Assembly (NCBI GenBank): GCA_038217285.1 | Contig: JBBQPO010000226.1 | Location: forward strand, 1 to 10,209 | Source: Chthonomonadales bacterium | Lineage (GTDB): Bacteria > Armatimonadota > Chthonomonadetes > Chthonomonadales > Chthonomonadaceae | DNA length: 10,209 nt | Direction of reading: 5' to 3' | Part shown: positions 1 to 6,962 of the stretch, in pieces | Numbering within the stretch: position 1 is the stretch's first letter | Layout of the letters: every line of letters starts with the position of its first letter | Made by a program: the position numbers and the translations under genes | The notes under the pieces: model-generated | Database searches by the model: none | Told to the model about the DNA's origin: nothing | What the model saw: only the letters and a program-made list of their open reading frames with translations

Positions 1-2
1 CC

Positions 3-99
3 AAATTCTCCGCTGCCGCGCAGAGAATTTCCTTCGCGGACTCAAAGCAGTGAGTCCGCGAAGGCGGACTTCCCCTTTCAGAACGGCAATTCATTGCCG
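3..99. repeat. Cluster of palindromes resembling a REP/REPIN-like element
   Basis: Hairpins seen: AAATTCTC/GAGAATTT (3-10/23-30); perfect 14-bp CCTTCGCGGACTCA/TGAGTCCGCGAAGG (31-44/51-64); overlapping AGTCCGC-GAAG-GCGGACT (53-70); CGGCAAT-TC-ATTGCCG (84-99). The AGTCCGCGAAGGCGGACT unit followed by an AATTCATT-centred palindrome resembles REP units linked to Y1 (RAYT/IS200-like) transposases (recalled, not searched). Confidence 0.6.
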
Positions 100-265
100 G
101 GAATAGGGCAGGAGGTTATGCACCGTGATGGATTTCATAATAAGTGGTCACACCCAATATCGTGGTTCAACCAGGAAGCCGATGCCAAACTAGCGAACAC
201 AATCCTGACGAGAAAAAGGGGGCCGCAGAGCACGGACGAGAGAAGCGCGGCGACAAAGGGGCAGC

Positions 266-2374
266 ATGGCGGACGATTTCAAATACGATGTTTTCCTGAG
301 TCACAACTCGAAGGACAAACCGGTCGTTCGCGCCCTTGCGAAACGATTGCGGAACAGCGGTCTGCGCGTCTGGCTGGATGAATGGATCCTCAAACCCGGC
401 GACAGCATCCCCGCAAAGATCGACGAAGGGCTGGAAGAATCCCGCCTGCTCGTTCTCTGCATGTCGGCAAACGCATTCGGCTCCGACTGGGCAACCCTGG
501 AAAGCCAGACCTTCCGTTTCCGCGACCCTCTGAACAGAGAACGCCGTTTCATCCCCCTGCGCCTGGATACCACGCCTATCAAAGGTTCTCTTGCCCAGTT
601 CCTCTATATCGACTGGCTCCCAAAAGTCCGCAAGCAGGCGTATGGAAAGCTTCTGGAAGCCTGTCTGCCGCAAATCCTCGTCGCAGGGCGCACCGATGCC
701 GGGTTCAAGGCGAGCCGCGCGAAGTTGAAAGGTTTTGCCGACGAAAACGGATTTGGCTACTTTGAGACCAGTGCCAAGGAGGGACACGGTTGTAAAGAGT
801 TGCAACAGGCGATCATGGAGACCATCGCCTGGGGCAATCTGGATAGACGGACGTCGCCGCACATCTTCAAGCGCATCAAGGAAGAGGTACTGAAACTGCG
901 GGATGAGGGACAGGTTCTCCTCACCTTCAAGGAGTTGCGTGAGATGCTCCGGCAACGGCTGCATGCAGAGCCGGAGTTTACCGATGCTATCCTGGAGACG
1001 GTGATCGGCCTGCTGGATGGCCCCGGCGCTGTGAAGGAGTTGGACTATGGGACGTATGTCCTACTCCAGCCGGAGTGGATCAACGCCTATGCCCAGGCAG
1101 TCATTCGTACCCTGCGCCAGGATCCTTCGGAGTTGGGCTGCCTGCCTCTGCGCAGCATCGCAGAAGGGAAGTTACTTTTTCAGACCGTGGATCGCGATGG
1201 CGGCATTGTAGATATGCGGCGTCTGCCGGAGACAGAGGAGCGCGTCGTCCTGCGGGAGATGGAGCGGCAACTGGAGGAGCGAGGTCTCTGCCTCAGACAG
1301 GGAGACAAGCTGGTCTTTCCCAGTCACTGCGGACGGGACCGGCCGGCGATTATAAAACATCCTTCGGTCTTCATCAGTTACGCAGTGGAGGGCTATCTCG
1401 ACGACATCTATGCCACTCTCGTGGTGAAACTGGCCGACAGTGAGGCGTTCAAACTCGATGATCTCTGGCGTGAAGCGGCGGACTTCGCGACTCTGGCGGG
1501 TGACCATCACATGGGGATTAAACTGACACGGGAGGCGGCAAACATTGGGGAGATCAGCGTCTATTTCGCGCCGGGTGTGACAACACAGGAACAGGTGATC
1601 TTCGCCAACTATATCCACGCACATCTGGAAGGCTACAGCGAAAAGGTGCAGAGACTGCGGCACTATGTCTGCCCCTATTGCAATACGCCGAAGGGCAACG
1701 CGGAAGTGCTCATGCAGAAGTTGTTGGAGAAGCGCAAGGCAGCCACGGTAGAGTGTGACAACTGCGAGAAACGCTTCGATCTCTGGGATAACCTGGAGCA
1801 ACTCTTTGCCAGCGCCGACGTGCGAGCGCAGGTAGAGGGAATGCAGGCCGAGGACGTTATTCGGCTCGACTCACGCCGTAAAGGCAAGTTATTGGCTCTA
1901 GAGGTGGCGGCACGCATCAGTAGTGCGGATCAGAAATGCTTTGAGATACCCGGCACGGAAGATGAGGGCATTGATATGGAGTTGGAGTTTACGGACGAAG
2001 AGGGGCGCGGCACCGGACAGCGGCTCTATCTGCAACTGAAGTCAGGAAACTCGCATCTGCGGACAAGGAAGACCGATGGTGCAGAGATCTTCGATATTAA
2101 AGAGCCGCTCTGGGTAGACTACTGGCTGAAGCAGAATGTACCTGTCATGCTGGTAATTGGAACGCTCGTCGGAGAAGGGGAGCGGTTCGCGGGGAAGGAC
2201 AAGTTGGAGTTTGTTGAGGTGCGCTGGATGGAGATCAGCAGTTATCTCAGACGGGAAAGCAAGAATGGCACGAAGCCTGTCAAGCAGATCGTATTCCAGG
2301 GCGAACGTCTGGATTTGAGCAGCGTACGCAAGTGGAGGAAGACGGTTTTGGACGCGCAGTCGCCATCCGCCTGA
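266..2374 (+). CDS. TIR domain + partial Roc GTPase (G4/G5 only) + COR-like region + Zn ribbon + DUF4365-like nuclease; putative defence/signalling protein, 702 aa
   Basis: N-terminus YDVFLSHNSKDK...RVWLDEW...PGDSI...IDEGLEESRLLVLCMS...SDWATLE is a TIR_2 pattern with Glu79 at the catalytic position. ILVAGRTD (aa137-144) and YFETSAKEGHG resemble small-GTPase G4/G5. VLLQPEWINAY and LVFPS resemble COR. CPYC (aa469-472) and CDNC (aa497-500) form a Zn ribbon. DEGID...LYLQLKSG...YW matches DUF4365. Purine-rich RBS AAAGGGG at 255-261. Confidence 0.88.
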   Translation: MADDFKYDVFLSHNSKDKPVVRALAKRLRNSGLRVWLDEWILKPGDSIPAKIDEGLEESRLLVLCMSANAFGSDWATLESQTFRFRDPLNRERRFIPLRLDTTPIKGSLAQFLYIDWLPKVRKQAYGKLLEACLPQILVAGRTDAGFKASRAKLKGFADENGFGYFETSAKEGHGCKELQQAIMETIAWGNLDRRTSPHIFKRIKEEVLKLRDEGQVLLTFKELREMLRQRLHAEPEFTDAILETVIGLLDGPGAVKELDYGTYVLLQPEWINAYAQAVIRTLRQDPSELGCLPLRSIAEGKLLFQTVDRDGGIVDMRRLPETEERVVLREMERQLEERGLCLRQGDKLVFPSHCGRDRPAIIKHPSVFISYAVEGYLDDIYATLVVKLADSEAFKLDDLWREAADFATLAGDHHMGIKLTREAANIGEISVYFAPGVTTQEQVIFANYIHAHLEGYSEKVQRLRHYVCPYCNTPKGNAEVLMQKLLEKRKAATVECDNCEKRFDLWDNLEQLFASADVRAQVEGMQAEDVIRLDSRRKGKLLALEVAARISSADQKCFEIPGTEDEGIDMELEFTDEEGRGTGQRLYLQLKSGNSHLRTRKTDGAEIFDIKEPLWVDYWLKQNVPVMLVIGTLVGEGERFAGKDKLEFVEVRWMEISSYLRRESKNGTKPVKQIVFQGERLDLSSVRKWRKTVLDAQSPSA

Positions 2375-2438
2375 GGAAGGCTTTGGGGGCTGGAGGGGAG
2401 CACGTGCATCCTGGATGTTGAGCGTCTCCGTTTCGTCC

Positions 2439-2468
2439 CTCCTGGTCGCAGGGGCCTGCGACCAGGAG
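2439..2468. terminator. GC-rich hairpin between convergent genes (possible terminator or mRNA stabiliser)
   Basis: CTCCTGGTCGCAGG-GG-CCTGCGACCAGGAG is a perfect inverted repeat 10 nt past the DUF1080 stop codon. There is no U-tract on either strand, so it is not a canonical intrinsic terminator. Confidence 0.45.
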
Positions 2469-2478
2469 AGAGAAGGGG

Positions 2479-3141
2479 CTATTTCAGGGGCTTGATTTTG
2501 ATGGAGCGGTAGAGCACTTTCGAGCCGGGATCGTGGCCCTGGATTGCGATGGTGCCGTCGCTGAGGACGCGGCCAGGCATGCCTGCCGGGCCCTTCCAGT
2601 CATCGGGCTGGGTCCACTCGGTGGTCGTCTTGCCGTTGATCTTCAGGGTCACCTTCTTGTCCTTGACAATGATGTCGTAGGTGTACCATTCGTTGGTTTT
2701 GGCGGGCGACTGGTCCATAACATCTTTCACATTGTAGAGGCCGCCGGTCTTCTTGGGATCGCCGTGGGTCTCGTTGACCTGGCACTCGAAGCCTTTGTTC
2801 GGCCAGCCTCCCTCCTGGAACTCCGTATGGAAGTAGATGCCGCTGTTGGCCTTCGGAAAGGTCATCAACTCCGCTTTCAGGTGGAAGTTTTTGAAGTCAT
2901 GCTTGTTGATCGGCCCTATATAGTACAGGTGCGAACGTGTACCGTTCACGACCAGGTTCCCGTCTTCCACCTTGAACGTTTCCGGGCTTTCGGAAGGCTT
3001 CCAGTCGTTCAGATCCTTGCCGTTGAAGAGGGCGTAGTACCCCTTCTTATCCGGCTTGGGGGTCGATTGGGTATCGTCCGCCCGCACACCGGCTCCTATC
3101 AGTACCGCCGCCACTCCTAAAAGCAGAAATTTGAGATGCAT
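2479..3141 (-). CDS. Secreted DUF1080 family protein (3-keto-disaccharide hydrolase-like), 220 aa
   Basis: Sec signal peptide MHLKFLLLGVAAVLIGAGVRA. Family motifs LFNGKDLNDW, NSGIYFH, GFECQV, TGGLY, NEWYTYDI, GTIAIQGH, YRSIKIKPL. RBS GGGAGGAG upstream of the ATG. Confidence 0.92.
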   Translation of the reverse strand: MHLKFLLLGVAAVLIGAGVRADDTQSTPKPDKKGYYALFNGKDLNDWKPSESPETFKVEDGNLVVNGTRSHLYYIGPINKHDFKNFHLKAELMTFPKANSGIYFHTEFQEGGWPNKGFECQVNETHGDPKKTGGLYNVKDVMDQSPAKTNEWYTYDIIVKDKKVTLKINGKTTTEWTQPDDWKGPAGMPGRVLSDGTIAIQGHDPGSKVLYRSIKIKPLK

Positions 3142-3489
3142 CTGCGCTCCTCCCTTGTCCTGCGATGGTATCCACCTATCGCTTCATGGCACCTATCCAG
3201 AATAGATAGCATCGTTCTTGTGGACAGGCACACGCTACAGTTTACCCCGCATAGCCCTGAACCTGAAACCGCTTCTTTCCCACGATGACGCCGAACGACA
3301 TTGTGACGAAATTCTTGCCCACTCGCCTTCGTGCGCGTGGGCAATCGTTGCTGCTCGTCCAGAGGAACCTTCGTCTGGACGAGCGGTGGCAGGACTCGCT
3401 CTTATTTCCGGGCAGATTGTTTCGGCTGCGGCCCTTCCGTTGGTCTACTTGCTCCCTACATGGCATTAGCCAGTTCGTCTGCCACTTCC

Positions 3490-3933
3490 TTACCGTACGT
3501 TCTGCGGCTCTACAACCGTGATGATCGCAGCATAGCGGCGAAAGCCAGTAGGGTCAAGAGTAAGGATATGCGAAATACCATGTGCCAGCATGACCGCCAC
3601 AAGGCGCGCATCGTAAACCTGGCGACCAATAACGTTGTAGGTATCGATCAGGTTTCGCCAGAGCGGATAGATAGCGGGCGTTTCCGGCAGAAGAGGAAAG
3701 ATGGCTTCTATCTTCCGAGCTTCGGCACTAGCCTGAGCGGTTGTCATACCCCAGCCATTAGCTGTAACCGGACGGCTCGCGAGTGCCTGGAACTCAACTA
3801 AGTTCTGCGCCGTGATGTAGACCGTCTCACCCTGCTGGTCTAGCAAGGTGAGTGCTGCACTTATTGTTGGGTATTGAGGATCGCCGGGGACGACGCGCCG
3901 AATAACAATGTTTGTGTCTGCCAGGCAAGCCAT
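3490..3933 (-). CDS. vapC: PIN-domain ribonuclease toxin (VapC family), 147 aa
   Basis: LADTNIVIR (D6), TAQNLVEF (E47), GRQVYDARLVAVM (D108) and ILTLD (D127) give the PIN acidic active-site pattern. The ATG directly follows the antitoxin's tandem TAG-TAG stops. Confidence 0.92.
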   Translation of the reverse strand: MACLADTNIVIRRVVPGDPQYPTISAALTLLDQQGETVYITAQNLVEFQALASRPVTANGWGMTTAQASAEARKIEAIFPLLPETPAIYPLWRNLIDTYNVIGRQVYDARLVAVMLAHGISHILTLDPTGFRRYAAIITVVEPQNVR

Positions 3934-3936
3934 CTA

Positions 3937-4194
3937 CTAGAAGCTCTCCTCATAGAGCGATTCACGATTATAGGCTTCTGGTGGCAATACAGGAACATCC
4001 TTGTTCATCTGAGCGATCTCGTCCAACGCCCGTGCGCGCTCCTCCGGGGTCGCGTGGTGTAGGTTCTGGGGTGTTTCTTCTTCCTCACCTTCGACAGGCA
4101 CAATCAGAGTGAGCCGTATATTACCGTTTATTGTCTTCAGATGATCCTGGATCTCCTTTGGAGTTCCTTCTATCACTTGTGCTTGTGTCATCAT
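3937..4194 (-). CDS. Probable cognate antitoxin (VapB-like), 85 aa
   Basis: Small acidic ORF immediately upstream of and co-oriented with vapC. The C-terminal PVLPPEAYNRESLYEE resembles the 'A..RESIY' tail of PIN-associated antitoxins. RBS GAGG precedes ATGATG. Confidence 0.8.
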   Translation of the reverse strand: MMTQAQVIEGTPKEIQDHLKTINGNIRLTLIVPVEGEEEETPQNLHHATPEERARALDEIAQMNKDVPVLPPEAYNRESLYEESF

Positions 4195-4220
4195 TGTTAC
4201 CTCTGCGTCTAATCATAGCC

Positions 4221-4229
4221 ATTATATCA
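4221..4229 (-). promoter_or_regulatory. Extended -10 promoter (TGnTATAAT) of the toxin-antitoxin operon
   Basis: Minus strand reads TG-A-TATAAT, ending 26 nt before the antitoxin start. No recognisable -35; that position is occupied by the IS-end remnant. Overlapping palindrome TCACG-N5-CGTGA at 4227-4241. Confidence 0.7.
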
Positions 4230-4237
4230 CGTTTCGC

Positions 4238-4326
4238 GTGAACTCTCCCACGGCTAAAGCTGTGGTCTTCTCAACTCGCGCTGAAAAGTTCCTGCTTCAA
4301 AGGAGAAGTGCTTCTTTTCAGAAGCA
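4238..4326 (-). mobile_element. Orphan IS200/IS605-family (TnpB-type) right end / 3' part of omegaRNA (reRNA) scaffold
   Basis: Minus strand: TGCTTCT-GAAA-AGAAGCA CTTCTCCTT TGAAGCAGGAAC TTTTCAGC-GCGA-GTTGAGAA GACCACAGCTTTAGCCGTGGGAGAGTTCAC. It contains the TGAAGCAGGAA motif, two GNRA-capped stems, the CCACnGCTTTAGCCGTGG subterminal hairpin and terminal TCAC typical of IS605/TnpB right ends. No tnpA/tnpB coding sequence is visible upstream. Confidence 0.78.
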
Positions 4327-4506
4327 AAAAGGCCGCCGCTATTGCGCCACTCCCCGGAGGGGATGACGCATGGAAAGTGTGTTCGTTCGTCTCACGGGAG
4401 CGTTCCTCCCGATCCGTCTGTCAGGGCAAACGTGCTGCCGTCTACGGAAAACAGCGTACCGGAGGCGTTCGACTTCTGCGTGTACACATACAGATCGGAG
4501 GTTCCG

Positions 4507-6180
4507 TTATGGGTCAGGCCGTTCAGGTGCATGTTGTCCCACCACAATAGGGACATATCCGGTCGCCATCCCCGCAGGTGGAGTCACGATGAGGGCCGGA
4601 TCAAGCCGAACCAGGGAGCCGGCGCTGGGAGGAGGCATGTAGTTCTGATCGATGGTCCAGTGTGCCTGGATCTCGGCGACCAGTTTCTGCAAGCGCTGTT
4701 TCCGCGCGTCGTCCCAGTGGTACTGCTGGAACACGGGTTGATCGATGAACCGGTACCAGGCATAAGTGACCTGAGATCCGTCTGTCAGCGTGACAGTTAT
4801 GGGCGCGGTCGCCGGACCGGGGGTCTTCCATGCTGCGCTGGTAGGCGTGATATAAGTAGCCCCCTTCTTCGCCACACGGAACTTCTGGGTAGTGAGACCG
4901 GTCTCGGGCGGCACTGCACTGGAGGGGACGGGGGTCCATTTCGCGCCGTCTTGCCGGAAATATTCCGGGAACTCCCCCGCGCGGGTGATGGTGTTGGGGA
5001 ACCATTCCATCCCCCAGCGGTTGCCTGGGAAGACCTTGGTCAAACACACTGCCTCGACACCGGTGATTGGTTTTTTCGCCTGATCGTAGCGGGTGGGGCT
5101 TGTGGTCAGCGTGGGCTTCCAAGCGCCGCTGGGATGAAATGCGCCGGAGCACCGTATGCCCTCGTCACGCCAACGTTTAACGGAGTCGTACAAAGCCGAC
5201 TTGGAGAAGTAGGTCACGTCCTGCACCAGGACGGCCCGGCCTGCGTCGTCGACGGGGAAGTGCAGCCGTGGGATCCGGGAATAGACGGTGCCCTTGGCGT
5301 CCTGTGCCTCGAAGCGCGGCACCGTATTGATCTCAATTGCGCCTCCTCCGACCACGCCAGGCCGGGCATCAAGCCCACGACCGTAGAGGAAGGGATCCTT
5401 GAAGAGGGCACCGATCTTGCTCCAGGTCTGGGGGACGTAGAAGGCGATGGGGCCCTTGAAATTGGCGGCGTTAAGACAGCAGGTCCAGCTCTGGTCCCCG
5501 GTCGGTGGGTCGTCCTCCGCTGTTGGGGTAGTGAAGGGCAGGGCTAGCCAGGCATAGCCCAAAAACTGCCCCTCATGGATGTGATCGAACGGCAGTCCGT
5601 CCGGGGGGATAAGGAGGCGATTGCTGAACTGAGCGATACCCAGGCGGTTGTCCGGCAGAGTTTTATCGTTGTAGAAGAAGGACCAGCCTGGGGAACCGAC
5701 CTCGTAGTCGTAGCATTGGGGGGTGGCGTTCATGCTGAATTTCGGCCCGCTATAGCGGAAATGGTTCCCTGCCCAGTATCCCAGTCCGCCCTCTACCGTC
5801 TGAAAGACGCTATCCCAGGTGGGGCCGCGCTCCTTCCAGGTGCGTGCGAGAGTGCCCACAGGAGCGAGAGGATGGTCTTTGTTGTCCTTGTTGTCCGGTA
5901 GTATCCAACATCCGGGCAGACCGATCTGGAAACCGGCCAGAGGTTGATCGATCAGGGGCCATACGGCCGAATAGAAGCCGATCCCTGCGCTGGATGCCGC
6001 CTTGTCAGGGTTAGGTTGTGTGTTGTAGCTGATGTATCCATGCAGGCCGTCCTCATGAGCCGTGACGTCGGCAGCCTCGGGTTGGTCAGGGCATGGAGAG
6101 GGAGGACCAGTAGGGGCGGCCATCGGCAGGGCGCTGAGCAGTGGTATGAGCGAGAGGATGCGTCGAACGGCACGTGTCAT
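4507..6180 (-). CDS. Secreted hypothetical protein, Gly/Pro/aromatic-rich, 557 aa
   Basis: Long ORF with GC-rich third codon positions, signal peptide MTRAVRRILSLIPLLSALPMAA and RBS AAGAAGGA upstream. No domain recognised. Confidence 0.82.
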   Translation of the reverse strand: MTRAVRRILSLIPLLSALPMAAPTGPPSPCPDQPEAADVTAHEDGLHGYISYNTQPNPDKAASSAGIGFYSAVWPLIDQPLAGFQIGLPGCWILPDNKDNKDHPLAPVGTLARTWKERGPTWDSVFQTVEGGLGYWAGNHFRYSGPKFSMNATPQCYDYEVGSPGWSFFYNDKTLPDNRLGIAQFSNRLLIPPDGLPFDHIHEGQFLGYAWLALPFTTPTAEDDPPTGDQSWTCCLNAANFKGPIAFYVPQTWSKIGALFKDPFLYGRGLDARPGVVGGGAIEINTVPRFEAQDAKGTVYSRIPRLHFPVDDAGRAVLVQDVTYFSKSALYDSVKRWRDEGIRCSGAFHPSGAWKPTLTTSPTRYDQAKKPITGVEAVCLTKVFPGNRWGMEWFPNTITRAGEFPEYFRQDGAKWTPVPSSAVPPETGLTTQKFRVAKKGATYITPTSAAWKTPGPATAPITVTLTDGSQVTYAWYRFIDQPVFQQYHWDDARKQRLQKLVAEIQAHWTIDQNYMPPPSAGSLVRLDPALIVTPPAGMATGYVPIVVGQHAPERPDP

Positions 6181-6646
6181 GGCGGCTAGTCCTTCTTGGA
6201 GATGTGTGGGGATAGGGTGGAATGTCTGCCCGCAGGGTTTTGGCGGCTGCCAGGATCCTGTTCCCGCCGGACCGCTTTTTCAGCAGCGCTTTCAGACTCT
6301 TCAACTCTCCCTCCCACTGGATCGCGGCGAAGTCGGCCGTGGGATAGATCGCGAGGAGTGGCGACTCCCCGGAAGCCTGAGTGAGCAGTTTGCCGAGCTT
6401 GCCGTCGAAGTAGTGAGGGAACTTGAACTCGATATGGGCGGGCCACTCATCGCCGGGAGGCGTGTCCTTCTGCAACGGAGCGGCTTTCAGAGACTGACGT
6501 GTCACGCCGACAGCGAAATCCAGCCCCTGCGTGTTGAAGCGCGTGTTCCCATAGGCGTCCCCAGGGTCCCCTCCGGGGGCAGCGTGGACCGCAGCGGTCA
6601 ATAAAGCCAGTATGCAGATCATCCCCAGCACCTTTGGCCTTTCCAT
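6086..6646 (-). CDS. Secreted hypothetical protein, probably 3'-truncated near 6200 (possible pseudogene)
   Basis: Likely start MERPKVLGMICILALLTAAVHA (ATG 6646, GGGAGG RBS upstream, signal peptide). Sequence is globular-looking up to ...RADIPPYP, then a Ser/Arg/Thr/His-rich tail overlaps the next gene by 95 bp. Confidence 0.6.
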   Translation of the reverse strand: MERPKVLGMICILALLTAAVHAAPGGDPGDAYGNTRFNTQGLDFAVGVTRQSLKAAPLQKDTPPGDEWPAHIEFKFPHYFDGKLGKLLTQASGESPLLAIYPTADFAAIQWEGELKSLKALLKKRSGGNRILAAAKTLRADIPPYPHTSPRRTSRHDTCRSTHPLAHTTAQRPADGRPYWSSLSMP

Positions 6647-6827
6647 CGTCTTTGTTACCTCCCGTTTCTTGCGTTCCATGATCTCTTGCTCCTTGGGATA
6701 TATTCGCTGGCTTTCCGCTGTCTCCTGCTTGACATTGCAGCAAGGGTGCGACTACGGGTGAAGAAACGACAAAAAGTCATTGTGGAATCGACCGCAAGTT
6801 TTGGGGTCAGTAGAATCATGTCTGATC

Positions 6828-6856
6828 TTGCATAAATTCAGGCGGCAAGTTATAAT
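6828..6856 (+). promoter_or_regulatory. Sigma70-type promoter
   Basis: TTGCAT (6828-6833), 17-bp spacer, TATAAT (6851-6856), about 105 nt upstream of the hydrolase start. Confidence 0.72.
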
Positions 6857-6962
6857 GGTCCCCAGAACCAGGCTGGCTTAACAGAGAAACGTTCTATCTT
6901 TGTCCGGCAGGTCGTCTCAATCAATGCATTGTTACTTTTGCAACACAAACATGGAGGTCCTT

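Noticed and set aside
167-1917. Alternative and antisense ORFs over the TIR gene (167-964, 1172-1801, 382-765 and others)
   Set aside because: Shadow ORFs of a well-supported GC-rich CDS, with no recognisable motifs.
2168-2203. GERFAGKD as a possible Walker A / P-loop
   Set aside because: It lacks the S/T after GK and lies inside the C-terminal nuclease-like domain, so it cannot be the missing Roc G1.
3117-3521. Several 74-83 aa ORFs in the vapC-DUF1080 spacer
   Set aside because: Mutually overlapping, with no convincing RBS or motifs and atypical composition.
4421-4480. AGGGCAAAC resembling a c-di-GMP-I riboswitch start
   Set aside because: The downstream GNRA stem and GACGCAAA motif are missing, and no plus-strand gene follows.
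4330-4506. Possible tnpB C-terminal remnant upstream of the IS right end
   Set aside because: No CxxC zinc finger or DRDxNAAxN motif seen in the minus-strand frames.
4342-5547. 401-aa plus-strand ORF
   Set aside because: Antisense shadow of the 557-aa gene, with no RBS and no TnpB/RuvC or other motifs.
6729-6760. Perfect TTGACA hexamer
   Set aside because: No acceptable -10 at 16-18 bp; the 6828-6856 promoter fits much better.
6900-6962. Upstream start for the hydrolase as given in the ORF track
   Set aside because: The GGAGG position and the LILIHG motif near the N-terminus favour ATG 6963.
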